This document shows, one piece after another, positions 1 through 9,049 of a stretch of 64,000 nt of DNA. A model generated the notes under the pieces. The model was not told the origin of the DNA. It did no database searches and saw only the letters and a program-made list of their open reading frames with translations. Made by a program: the position numbers and the translations under genes. Source of the stretch: a virus (taxonomy: Duplodnaviria > Caudoviricetes); the IMG/VR virus record IMGVR_UViG_3300042465_008100, positions 1,761 through 65,760 of that record; one strand, written 5' to 3'. The number at the start of each line of letters is the position of its first letter. Position 1 is the stretch's first letter.

Positions 1-1101
1 TCATTACATTGTGTTACTGCGGCTAACATTTATGACCGTGATGGTAACGTTATCGTTGCTGCTGGACAAGAAGTTCCTTTCCGTATCGTAACACAACAAT
101 ATGGTAAAGCAATTGTTCAAACAACAAATAATAACGCTAGTGGTTACCCAGTATTGACTACACCAAATGGTGTTATGTATGTTGAATTAGACCTTTCTCA
201 CCCAGTTGGTACAACTGCAACAGGAACGGCTAACGCTGGTACATCAACTTACGATGGTTATGTAGGTGCTTCTGCAACAACTGTTACAGCTATCACGACT
301 GGTAATAACTTAGTATTTGGATGGGCTGAATATGCAACATTAGAATTCGAAACTGAATTGGCTGAAGTGTCTTTCAGATTGGATGAAGTTGTTGTAGCTG
401 TTGAAGAAAGAAAATTACGTGCTACTTGGTCACCAGAATTGGCTCAAGATGTTAGTGCATTCCACAACATCGATGCTGAAGCTGAATTGACAGCTATGTT
501 GTCAGAGCAAGTTGCTGCTGAGATTGACCGTGAGATTTTACGTGACTTACGTAAAGCTGCTGCATGGCAAATGCGTTGGGATTACAATGGTTGGAGAAAA
601 GCTCAAACTGCTAGTACCCCATATACACAAAAAGACTGGAATCAAACACTTATCACTAAGTTGAACCAAATTTCAGCACAAATCCACAAATCTACATTGA
701 GAGGTGGTGCTAACTTTATCGTGGTTTCTTCTGAAATCTCAGCTATTTTTGATGATTTAGAATACTTCCACGTATCTGATGCTAATCCAGAGCAAGACCA
801 ATACAACATGGGTATTGAGAGAATTGGTTCATTAAGCGGACGTTACCAAGTGTACCGTGACCCTTATGCACCAGCTTACTCAGTAATCATCGGTCATAAA
901 GGTAAATCATTGTTAGATACAGGTTATATTTACGCACCATACGTGCCGTTACAATTAACTCCAACAATGTACAATCCATTTAACTTTGCTCCAGTTAAAG
1001 GTATCATGACACGTTATGCTAAAAAAGTGGTTAACAATCGTTTCTACGGTGCAATCCGTGTAGATGGTGTTCCAACATTTAACATCAACGAATTAAGATA
1101 A
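1..1101 (+). CDS. gp23: Major capsid protein, T4 gp23-like (5' truncated by window edge)
   Basis: Frame is open from base 1. Motifs RKLRATWSPELAQD, HNIDAEAEL, EIDREI, YAPYVPL and GIMTRY are hallmarks of the gp23 family. Confidence 0.95.
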   Translation, partial: SLHCVTAANIYDRDGNVIVAAGQEVPFRIVTQQYGKAIVQTTNNNASGYPVLTTPNGVMYVELDLSHPVGTTATGTANAGTSTYDGYVGASATTVTAITTGNNLVFGWAEYATLEFETELAEVSFRLDEVVVAVEERKLRATWSPELAQDVSAFHNIDAEAELTAMLSEQVAAEIDREILRDLRKAAAWQMRWDYNGWRKAQTASTPYTQKDWNQTLITKLNQISAQIHKSTLRGGANFIVVSSEISAIFDDLEYFHVSDANPEQDQYNMGIERIGSLSGRYQVYRDPYAPAYSVIIGHKGKSLLDTGYIYAPYVPLQLTPTMYNPFNFAPVKGIMTRYAKKVVNNRFYGAIRVDGVPTFNINELR

Positions 1102-1121
1102 TCATAATCTTATATAAACTT

Positions 1122-1156
1122 AAAAGTCTAATCGAAAGGTTAGACTTTTTTGTTTT
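1122..1156 (+). terminator. Intrinsic terminator after capsid gene
   Basis: AAAAGTCTAATC-GAAA-GGTTAGACTTTT hairpin (GAAA tetraloop) followed by a T tract. Confidence 0.85.
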
Positions 1157-1174
1157 ATGCAAATATTTATAGAT

Positions 1175-2569
1175 ATGAAAGTAGTTATACAAAAGTTATT
1201 AAGAGAATGGTTGATTAATGAGGCCGCTTCACCAATAGTTTACCATTTTACAAGTGTTAATAGGTTGTCTAATATTTTATCAAAAAATGAAATGTTTTTA
1301 ACTCCAACAATTTCTAGTAGTAATGAGAAAAAAATGTCTGGTAATAAATTCTATTTTTTATCATTAAGTAGAACTAAAAGTATAACTCATGGTTACGGTA
1401 CTAAATTTACAAACCCTAATTCAGTAAGAATTAAATTTAATGGAAACAAATTAAATAGTAAATATAAAATTAAACCTATTGATTATTGGCAATACCCTAG
1501 AACTAAAGATTTTATGGGTGGTATTGGGGATGAAATGGAAGATAGACTAATGAGTGATAAGAGTAGCATCCCAAATATTAATAATTATATAATTTCTATA
1601 GACATTTTTATTGATGAGTCTGGTATTGATGGTAAAATAATTTCTTTAGCTAAATCATTAGGGGTTAAACTTAACTTTTTTGATAATAAAAAAGATTTTG
1701 CTAGTGGTAATGAGAGTAAAACAATTAACCCTAATATAAAATCATCTGATAACAGTGATGACTATAATTCTAGGTTATCTAACAATGATTTAGTCAAAAC
1801 ATTGGCTTCATTATCTTATAAAAACGAAAAATTATTGCAAGATATAATTTTAAAATTAACAACTGAATTTAATGTAGGAACTGATTTTTCAAATAAACTA
1901 TATAATAACGTTAAAGAATACCAAGATAAATTAGAATATTATTTAAAACCATATAATGGTATGTATGTTGATGATTTTTCTCAATCATTAAGTAGTGAGT
2001 TACATAATAGTAAAACTAGTAGTAATGAAGTTGTTAGATATTTGACGAATGAATTTATTAAACGATATAAAAGTTTGGGTGCTACTAGTATTAAAGATTT
2101 TTTACAAAAATTAATGTATATGGGTAAAAAATCTCAACAAGATTTTAATAAACAATTTAATAATGACATAATTAAACTGATTGATAAATCATATGTTGAA
2201 TATTTAGATACATTTAAAACTAGTGGTCACGATTATGATAATTACTATGAAAATTTATTTGAGTTACCTCAAATAAAGCAATATTTAGATAGTAAAATAA
2301 ATGAAATAAAAAAATACGTATCAAATTATATACTAAATAATGACGATATGTATCACTATAGTTATGTTTTAAATGACCGTGAGATTTCAGATGCAATTAA
2401 TTTAAAAGATGATAATAAATTAAAACAAATATTAAATAAATTTGAAGATGTTCAATATAATGAAATAATTAAACCAATACAATTTGTTTTGTATGATATT
2501 GACGAATTTTACTATAAAGAAGTTAAAAAGTTACAAGACGAAAATATGAATCAATGGAATAGCAATTAA
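1175..2569 (+). CDS. Putative head-internal protein with N-terminal ADP-ribosyltransferase-like domain
   Basis: 465-codon ORF, likely start MKVVIQKLLREWLINE. YHFTS..LSNIL, SLSR and EMEDR motifs, then a helical C-terminal region. Confidence 0.5.
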   Translation: MKVVIQKLLREWLINEAASPIVYHFTSVNRLSNILSKNEMFLTPTISSSNEKKMSGNKFYFLSLSRTKSITHGYGTKFTNPNSVRIKFNGNKLNSKYKIKPIDYWQYPRTKDFMGGIGDEMEDRLMSDKSSIPNINNYIISIDIFIDESGIDGKIISLAKSLGVKLNFFDNKKDFASGNESKTINPNIKSSDNSDDYNSRLSNNDLVKTLASLSYKNEKLLQDIILKLTTEFNVGTDFSNKLYNNVKEYQDKLEYYLKPYNGMYVDDFSQSLSSELHNSKTSSNEVVRYLTNEFIKRYKSLGATSIKDFLQKLMYMGKKSQQDFNKQFNNDIIKLIDKSYVEYLDTFKTSGHDYDNYYENLFELPQIKQYLDSKINEIKKYVSNYILNNDDMYHYSYVLNDREISDAINLKDDNKLKQILNKFEDVQYNEIIKPIQFVLYDIDEFYYKEVKKLQDENMNQWNSN

Positions 2570-2581
2570 TAAAAACCACGT

Positions 2582-2746
2582 TTAATCTTTTTTATTTTCA
2601 TCAATATCTTTTAATAATTTTACTGCGGCATTATCTATTTCCAATAGATATTCTCTGACTTTACCACCAAAATCCATATCATTAGGATATTGTTTAGCTA
2701 AATTTCTGATGTCTGCGTGAAACGCTTGTATTAATTTTTCGTACAT
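2582..2746 (-). CDS. Small hypothetical protein
   Basis: Start reassigned to MYEKLIQ, downstream of a Bacteroidota-type promoter. Contains YPNDMDFGGKVR. Confidence 0.65.
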   Translation of the reverse strand: MYEKLIQAFHADIRNLAKQYPNDMDFGGKVREYLLEIDNAAVKLLKDIDENKKD

Positions 2747-2761
2747 AATAATATTTTTTAA

Positions 2762-2792
2762 CAAATATACACAAAAAAACCGAAAATGCAAA
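2762..2792 (-). promoter_or_regulatory. Bacteroidota sigmaA-type promoter
   Basis: Minus strand TTTG-N19-TATATTTG matches the -33/-7 consensus TTTG/TAnnTTTG. Confidence 0.65.
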
Positions 2793-2802
2793 TCTTCGGT
2801 TT
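2773..2802 (-). terminator. Intrinsic terminator of zinc-ribbon gene
   Basis: Minus strand AAACCGAAGAT-TTGC-ATTTTCGGTTT hairpin running into a T tract. Confidence 0.7.
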
Positions 2803-2829
2803 AAATTATACGTTAACTATTATTTTTAT

Positions 2830-3618
2830 TTAGGCTTTTGTACCGCAGCTAGAACAAAATTTATGCCCTTTACCTAATTTGGTACCACAGTTTGTACAAT
2901 AAACTTTTACGTTTAAATCATCAGCTGTGTTTATTTTTTGTGATATCGGAAGAAGTTTATACTCTACAGTATGGAAAGCATAAAAACTAAAAGAATTATT
3001 AACTTCTTGAAATTTTTGATTTGATTCTGACCCTTCTCCTACTCTACCAGTTTCAATTTTATTTGATTGGATTGATAAACTGGTATTTCCAATTGTTGAT
3101 GTTAATGATACATTGTTATTGTAATATGTGCATGTTGTTGTTAAATTAGCATTATAAGCACCAGAAGTACCCTTAATAGACCAACTTGGGTTATTAAAAT
3201 ATGGGCGATTATATGTTGTAGAACCAGCCCAATTACCCATATTCAAAATAATATTCTCTTTAAAGAATTCTATTTTAACATTACCATTATTTTTTATCGC
3301 TTTTTTTACTTCATTTGTATTTGATACTTCATAAGTTTCAAATTTGAATTTTTTTGCAACATCTAAATAACGGTCCAAGAAAACTCTTTGGCCAGGATTT
3401 AAAACCAAACCACCTTGAGAAATTAATTTGTTATTGAGTGTTATTTTTGCTAATACAGGCTCTGTTGTTGGATTAAAGATTTCAATTTGAAATTCTTGTC
3501 CGTCTTGTAAATAGCAAGTTGGCGATTCGCCATTTTTGTTGTAGAGTTTAACTCTAGATTTGTTTACAGCAATGTTAGCTGTAGGGGTTGATTCCAACCC
3601 ATAGATTTTTTGTTTCAT
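2830..3618 (-). CDS. Hypothetical protein with C-terminal zinc ribbon
   Basis: C-terminal CTNC-x10-CSSC; beta-rich N-terminal domain. Confidence 0.75.
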   Translation of the reverse strand: MKQKIYGLESTPTANIAVNKSRVKLYNKNGESPTCYLQDGQEFQIEIFNPTTEPVLAKITLNNKLISQGGLVLNPGQRVFLDRYLDVAKKFKFETYEVSNTNEVKKAIKNNGNVKIEFFKENIILNMGNWAGSTTYNRPYFNNPSWSIKGTSGAYNANLTTTCTYYNNNVSLTSTIGNTSLSIQSNKIETGRVGEGSESNQKFQEVNNSFSFYAFHTVEYKLLPISQKINTADDLNVKVYCTNCGTKLGKGHKFCSSCGTKA

Positions 3619-3648
3619 AATTTTAACTTTTTAATAATTGTTATTAAT

Positions 3649-3722
3649 GTACCAATTTCTTTGTTACCTAGATAACTCTAAAGCCATATAATGACTCGAA
3701 ACCAATACGTAGTCAACGTATA
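3649..3722 (-). ncRNA. Candidate structured 5' leader RNA
   Basis: Three-way junction pairable only on the minus strand (needs G-U pairs), between an ATATTTAT motif and the zinc-ribbon gene. Confidence 0.35.
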
Positions 3723-3760
3723 CTTATAAATATAAACAAAAAATATTTTTTGTAAAGTTT

Positions 3761-4099
3761 TTATTCAAAATCTGAACCTTGTTCACAAATTGTTGATTGT
3801 ATTTGATGCCAATATGTATCAGCTTCATCTGGTAATGAATCACCAGACATATGATAATATCTTACTTCATCTCGAATCTTTTTTTGTTCTTGTTTTAAAT
3901 TAAATAATGGTGCATGTATTTTTTGCATTATTGTTCTTCTTTTTTCAGGTGTTGCATCTTTCAACGATTCTTCAACATAATGCATAGCTTCTTCATAAGT
4001 ATTAATGGTCATTTTATTACAAATAGTTTGTGTAGCTTCATTCATTTCTTGACCATCAATTATTTGTTCTCTTAATTTTTGTTTTATAAAACTTTTCAT
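3761..4099 (-). CDS. Hypothetical protein, possible head-internal protein
   Basis: Likely start MKSFIKQKLREQ, an N-terminal LxE motif like the 1175 ORF. Confidence 0.7.
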   Translation of the reverse strand: MKSFIKQKLREQIIDGQEMNEATQTICNKMTINTYEEAMHYVEESLKDATPEKRRTIMQKIHAPLFNLKQEQKKIRDEVRYYHMSGDSLPDEADTYWHQIQSTICEQGSDFE

Positions 4100-4100
4100 A

Positions 4101-5507
4101 TTATTGCCCTTTACGTAATTCAACTTGATTTACTATTTCAAAAGAAACAACATTTTTTAATGTTGTTGTTTCAAGATTTGAAGTTGCCAATATATCAAGA
4201 TAATAAATGTTTGGTATTAAACTAGCTGTATCTAATAGGAAATAATAATTATTATTCGCCATTTCAACTGGTTGAAAATCAATAACTGTTAACTCAGCAG
4301 TACCTTCATTTACATAAATTCTATATTGTAAATCACTTATGTTTTGTGTTTGTTCAACAGTATAAGGTATTCTGGCAGATACAATTACTTTTTTAATATC
4401 ACCTCTTTTAATTTTTTCTCTATTTTGTAAACCACCAATACTAACACCAACTTTTTTAGGTAATGAATCACTAGTACCAATATTATAATACTCCATAGAA
4501 TCTTTTAATACAAAATCTAATGGGATTTCAGGTCTAGTAACACCATTAATTATAATATCGTCCCAAACATCACTAAACATTTCATTTTTAGACCCATCAG
4601 AACTAGAAACCATGATGTCTATTGAGTACACACCTTTTGTAACGTGTGTTACATCATTCATAGTGTATGCTGATAATAAACTACCATCACTTTTATAAAT
4701 GTTCACAATAGGGTTTTGGTCTAAATTCGTTGGATTTCCCGCAAGATTTACATAAAGATATAGTTTGTTAGGTTTATCTAGGTAAAAGTTGTTCCTATCG
4801 TCTCTAATGTGGTTAGAATAGATTGTTTCTACATATGGTTCGTAGAATGTTTGTGTATTGTTGGTAAAAAATCCAACATATTTAATAAATGATGTGCTTA
4901 ATTGTTCAAAAGCTCTAGCATAGGCGATACCTAAACCATAATTTGTGTCACCAGTTAATAAACCATTTACATAATCGGTAATATCCATTTCAATATTTTC
5001 ATTACCTTTATCAAAATGTTGTGTTGTGACTGTTATACCACTAGGTGAACCAGAATAAACACCAGTACCACCACTCCAAAAGTCACCAGTTCTAGGGTTA
5101 GCCCAGTTTGATGGTCCATTTGAAAACGCTGCTTCTCCATAAGCTAGGATTGGAATCTCGTAATCATATCCAACACCATTATCCCAATTTTGTGATATTT
5201 TGAAAGCTATTAAATCGAATGATGTTGCTCTATCTTTGGTGCCAAAGGATGTGTTTAACAAATCTTTATCAAATGAGCCAGTATTGGTTATTCTAAGTGT
5301 ATGCGTAAGTTTTGTTAAGTCTGTAAATGTTCCCCCAGTGTATAGTTCTTTTAATCTAGTTTCATCAAAATGAAATAAGAATCTACTATACTTTTCTTGT
5401 CCTACATTACCACCATAAAATAATTCAGTTACAGGGTTTAAACCTGTATTAACTGGTGAGTTACTAACAATAGTGTTATTTTTATTAAAATACGTTCTAA
5501 TTACCAT
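4101..5507 (-). CDS. Virion structural protein (DNRLRE/CBM96-like beta domain plus Ig-like domains)
   Basis: 468 aa; YSRFLFHFD, MDITDYV and NYGLGI patterns; sits next to the baseplate spike gene. Confidence 0.55.
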   Translation of the reverse strand: MVIRTYFNKNNTIVSNSPVNTGLNPVTELFYGGNVGQEKYSRFLFHFDETRLKELYTGGTFTDLTKLTHTLRITNTGSFDKDLLNTSFGTKDRATSFDLIAFKISQNWDNGVGYDYEIPILAYGEAAFSNGPSNWANPRTGDFWSGGTGVYSGSPSGITVTTQHFDKGNENIEMDITDYVNGLLTGDTNYGLGIAYARAFEQLSTSFIKYVGFFTNNTQTFYEPYVETIYSNHIRDDRNNFYLDKPNKLYLYVNLAGNPTNLDQNPIVNIYKSDGSLLSAYTMNDVTHVTKGVYSIDIMVSSSDGSKNEMFSDVWDDIIINGVTRPEIPLDFVLKDSMEYYNIGTSDSLPKKVGVSIGGLQNREKIKRGDIKKVIVSARIPYTVEQTQNISDLQYRIYVNEGTAELTVIDFQPVEMANNNYYFLLDTASLIPNIYYLDILATSNLETTTLKNVVSFEIVNQVELRKGQ

Positions 5508-5537
5508 GATATTTTTATTAATAAATATCTAAAAATA

Positions 5538-6485
5538 TCAATTAATTTTAATGTTTTTAGATAACATGGCTTTTTCTAAATCTTCAGCTTTATTTTTGAA
5601 TATAGTTAATGATTGTTGGTTTCCAGATGCAGTTAAATCTGTTGCTGGATTTCCATTACCATTGTGAACGTGAGAAAATAAAGCTTGTTTTAATAGTATT
5701 AAATATTCTATTAAAACATCACCAAAAGGTATAGGGTGTGCTTCTGTTAATATTTTATTTAATTCACTACTAGTTATTAAATCATCTTTATCTGCAAGGT
5801 TGAATATTGGTGAGCCGTCTTTATATGTCAATAAATTAATTTTGTTTGCAACAATGTTTGCAACACTTCCTTTTTCGTTATTAATATCAACACCATTTTT
5901 TAATTGTAAATATGCTTGTGTTTTAGTGTTAAATGATATACCAAATGGATTGTTAGGTGATTTATTTACTGTAACAAATTTACCAGCCCTTAAAACTATT
6001 TCATTGTTTTTTTGTGTGATATCTGTATTATATCTACCTTGTATTGATACCTCGTCTTTTTTCGGGAAAACACCTAATACATCACTAATACGTTCTGGGT
6101 TTACTGACGGTTCTTGTGGTCCAAAAGTAAATGGTGCCATAGCAGAGCTTGGACCATTATCAAATTCTAATTTTGTTTCTTGGGAGATTATTGGGCCTAT
6201 ATATAACCTATCGACATGTTGTTTAGCTTTTTCAAAAACAAAAACAAAAACATTTTCACCAATTTTTGGTACAACAGATAAATGTTTTGGTAACAATGGG
6301 TAAGACCATGGCAAATCAGAATCAGATTTTCCATCGTCACCACCTATTGTTTGTGTACCCTTAATTCTAACTTTAATTCTACCTAAACCCTTTTCATCAT
6401 TTATTGATACAACGGTTCCGTAATTAACAAAAGTTATTGGTGTATTATCATAGGCTGAATCTAGTCTTCTAACGTTTTCGTACAT
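5538..6485 (-). CDS. gp5: Baseplate hub/central spike protein (gp5/gpV-like OB fold)
   Basis: GTVVSINDEKGLGRIKVRI, LPWSYPL and VPKIGENVFV OB-fold motifs; C-terminal HVH spike-apex motif. Confidence 0.8.
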   Translation of the reverse strand: MYENVRRLDSAYDNTPITFVNYGTVVSINDEKGLGRIKVRIKGTQTIGGDDGKSDSDLPWSYPLLPKHLSVVPKIGENVFVFVFEKAKQHVDRLYIGPIISQETKLEFDNGPSSAMAPFTFGPQEPSVNPERISDVLGVFPKKDEVSIQGRYNTDITQKNNEIVLRAGKFVTVNKSPNNPFGISFNTKTQAYLQLKNGVDINNEKGSVANIVANKINLLTYKDGSPIFNLADKDDLITSSELNKILTEAHPIPFGDVLIEYLILLKQALFSHVHNGNGNPATDLTASGNQQSLTIFKNKAEDLEKAMLSKNIKIN

Positions 6486-6486
6486 A

Positions 6487-6666
6487 TTATTCCCCTTTTA
6501 ACCTTTTAACCAATATATTATTAGCGATTGAAAATCTCTTTTCAATTTGTTCCATCTCATCATACAATTTTAGCATTCTTATCTTAATTGATTCATAGTC
6601 CGCTTCCATTTGTTTGATGTCAAATAAAATCTCATTGTTTGATTTTTGTTCTAATTCTTCTAACAT
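6487..6666 (-). CDS. Small coiled-coil protein (59 aa, absent from ORF track)
   Basis: Manual translation MLEELEQKSNNEILFDIKQMEADYESIKIRMLKLYDEMEQIEKRFSIANNILVKRLKGE*; fills the gap between neighbours. Confidence 0.75.
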   Translation of the reverse strand: MLEELEQKSNNEILFDIKQMEADYESIKIRMLKLYDEMEQIEKRFSIANNILVKRLKGE

Positions 6667-6676
6667 ATAAAAATTT

Positions 6677-7147
6677 TTATCTTACTACACCATCAGCTAT
6701 CCCCATACCAGTTGTAGCACCTTCTGATATAACTGGTATACCTAAATTACCAATACCAACGGTTCTTATTGCTACTCCTGGTGGAACAACAATTTCTACT
6801 TTGGCTTCTGTTTGTATAGCATTTATTATTTCTTCTATTCTAATCACTTCCATAGTTTCTTCAGTATTTGGACCATCAGCAAAAACATCACCAACTTGTC
6901 TTCCAGATTCTGATTGTCTAGATATTATTCTGGCCGCTATTGATTGTGCTGATAGGCCTGGCCTTAATTTAGCACCAGTCATGATTAATGGTGGTGGTAA
7001 AGGAGTTAACGGCACATCTGGTACAGAAAATGCGGTTAAAATTAAATTTAAAACACCACTAATGGTTGATATATCAAACCCATTTGATGGGTTTTTTGGG
7101 TCAATACTTGAACCATCTAATGCATCTTGTCTTTCACATGAACTCAT
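6677..7147 (-). CDS. Hypothetical protein, probable baseplate-associated
   Basis: 156-aa ORF in operon with gp5-like gene; ATGA overlap with upstream gene. Confidence 0.6.
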   Translation of the reverse strand: MSSCERQDALDGSSIDPKNPSNGFDISTISGVLNLILTAFSVPDVPLTPLPPPLIMTGAKLRPGLSAQSIAARIISRQSESGRQVGDVFADGPNTEETMEVIRIEEIINAIQTEAKVEIVVPPGVAIRTVGIGNLGIPVISEGATTGMGIADGVVR

Positions 7148-8601
7148 TTTGTTAAACCTTTAATTACTCTTATAGCTTCTTGTGATGTCCCTAATAAACT
7201 TAATATTTGAGCTATTTTATTTTTATTTTTTTCAATTTGTTTCTTTTCTTGTTGTTTTGCAACTAACTTTGATATTTCAATTAAGGCTATTTGTATTAAA
7301 ACTTTTGTTATTTCACCCGTTATTTTCTTTACAATTTTTTTAATCAAGTTTTTATTTTGTTTTATAAAATCAGATGGGTCATCATATGTTGCTGCTGGTC
7401 CATAAACTATTTTATAATTTATTAAATACAACATAATAACTTTTGGTGATAAGACAACATTAACGATAGATTTTGTTAATGCGTCTATTATATTTTGAAT
7501 AAAATCTAATTTAACCGTTACTTTATCTACAGGGTTTGTTAAGTTGACTGTGTTTTCATCAGCCATTGAGTTTAAACCGTCATATAATACATCTTTTTTC
7601 TGTTGTGTTGTTGATGCTGTATCAATGTTATTATTTAAATTTACTAATGTTGATTGTTGTATGCTAGTGTTAATTTCTTCTTCAGTGTTTAATCTTTTTA
7701 TACCTTTTTGTCTATCCTCAGCATTTCTTTCAATTTCAGCAATTTCATTATTGTCAAATGTAAAATATGAATCACATAAATCATCACCATTATCAGCATT
7801 TATTATTTTTTCAACAATTTTATTAACTTTATCTTCCCTTTCTAATTGTTTTAAAGTTTTATTTAAATAAGATGATACAGTACCATATATTATATCAATT
7901 ATTTTGTTTATAACTACATTTGGATTTAAAGTTGGTGTTGTTGGTGATGCTACACTTGGGAATTTGAATAATGCTAGAGTATCTATAAAATCATTATTTA
8001 AATCTGTCAATTTTTTGTTATTATAAGCTGCTGTTGCTTTTATAGTAAAAGTATTATTTGGTTGACCAGCTAAAATATCATTAAAAGTTATTGTTAATAT
8101 ACCTTTCCATGTTTGTGGGATTCCTGGGTTTTGTATTGCGTTGTATAAAAAAGTATTAAAATCACTTGAATTTGACAATGGTGATGTAACATCATTGTAT
8201 AATAATTTACCGCCAATTGAAGTTGGGTCTTCTTTGAATATATCAAAAAAGTCTATTTTTTTGACTTCAATTATAACCCCACTACCAGTTGATTTTAAAA
8301 AAGCTGGTATACTAGGGTCAACACCACAACTAACAATACTTTTTATTTCAAATTTAAGAGTTGTTTTAATTTCAGTTTCAATCTTATCTAGTGAATTTGT
8401 TAGAAAATCAACTACGCTTTTAATTAAAGCTGAAAACCCAATTAAACTTTTAATCAAATCCGTTAAAAAAGTTATGGTTTGTTTTTTATTGTTAATTGAC
8501 GGGAATGAGTAGTTTAACTTTAACTTAGGCATATTTTCAGTTAAAGTTCTGGCAGCAGCTATGTTACCAAATATTTTTCTTTTTTTGTCTACAATACCCA
8601 T
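7144..8601 (-). CDS. Hypothetical protein, probable virion component
   Basis: 485-aa helical ORF coupled to neighbours in the late-type operon. Confidence 0.6.
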   Translation of the reverse strand: MGIVDKKRKIFGNIAAARTLTENMPKLKLNYSFPSINNKKQTITFLTDLIKSLIGFSALIKSVVDFLTNSLDKIETEIKTTLKFEIKSIVSCGVDPSIPAFLKSTGSGVIIEVKKIDFFDIFKEDPTSIGGKLLYNDVTSPLSNSSDFNTFLYNAIQNPGIPQTWKGILTITFNDILAGQPNNTFTIKATAAYNNKKLTDLNNDFIDTLALFKFPSVASPTTPTLNPNVVINKIIDIIYGTVSSYLNKTLKQLEREDKVNKIVEKIINADNGDDLCDSYFTFDNNEIAEIERNAEDRQKGIKRLNTEEEINTSIQQSTLVNLNNNIDTASTTQQKKDVLYDGLNSMADENTVNLTNPVDKVTVKLDFIQNIIDALTKSIVNVVLSPKVIMLYLINYKIVYGPAATYDDPSDFIKQNKNLIKKIVKKITGEITKVLIQIALIEISKLVAKQQEKKQIEKNKNKIAQILSLLGTSQEAIRVIKGLTK

Positions 8602-8996
8602 TATTCATTTTCTGTTTCTTCACCACTTTGAAAATTAACACCGTTTTTAATCATTTCTCTAACAGATTTAAAATCATCAAGTGATGCTTTACCATTACTT
8701 CTTTGTACTAACGCAGCTTCTGCGTCTCCACTATTCTTTATGATATCGCTTTGTAATTTAGCTATTTCAAGTTTTATTTTAATAGCAGAGTCTTTAACTT
8801 TTAATAAGTTACCTTTTTCTTTAGCGATTTTAGTTAAATCGTCAACATCTTCAGGTACTGCACTACTAGATAGCTCATTAATTGTTTTTTGAGCATCGTT
8901 AATTTGTAAGCAAGCGTCATTATATGTTTCTTGCATTAATCCTTCTAACGAATCGGTATTATTTACCCTTACGTCTTGTTTTCTTTTCCTAGGCAT
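8601..8996 (-). CDS. Coiled-coil hypothetical protein (terminase small subunit-like possible)
   Basis: 131-aa helical protein preceded by an ATATTTAT motif; function is a weak guess. Confidence 0.4.
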   Translation of the reverse strand: MPRKRKQDVRVNNTDSLEGLMQETYNDACLQINDAQKTINELSSSAVPEDVDDLTKIAKEKGNLLKVKDSAIKIKLEIAKLQSDIIKNSGDAEAALVQRSNGKASLDDFKSVREMIKNGVNFQSGEETENE

Positions 8997-9049
8997 GATT
9001 AGTATTTTTACTATAAATATTTAGAAATACATAAATTTTCACTAGTATT

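Noticed and set aside
3649-3722. Hammerhead ribozyme or tRNA in the structured leader
   Set aside because: It lacks the CUGAnGA core and the tRNA D/T-loop consensus.
8601-8996. Firm call as terminase small subunit
   Set aside because: Only size and helical character support it; no large terminase is adjacent in this window.
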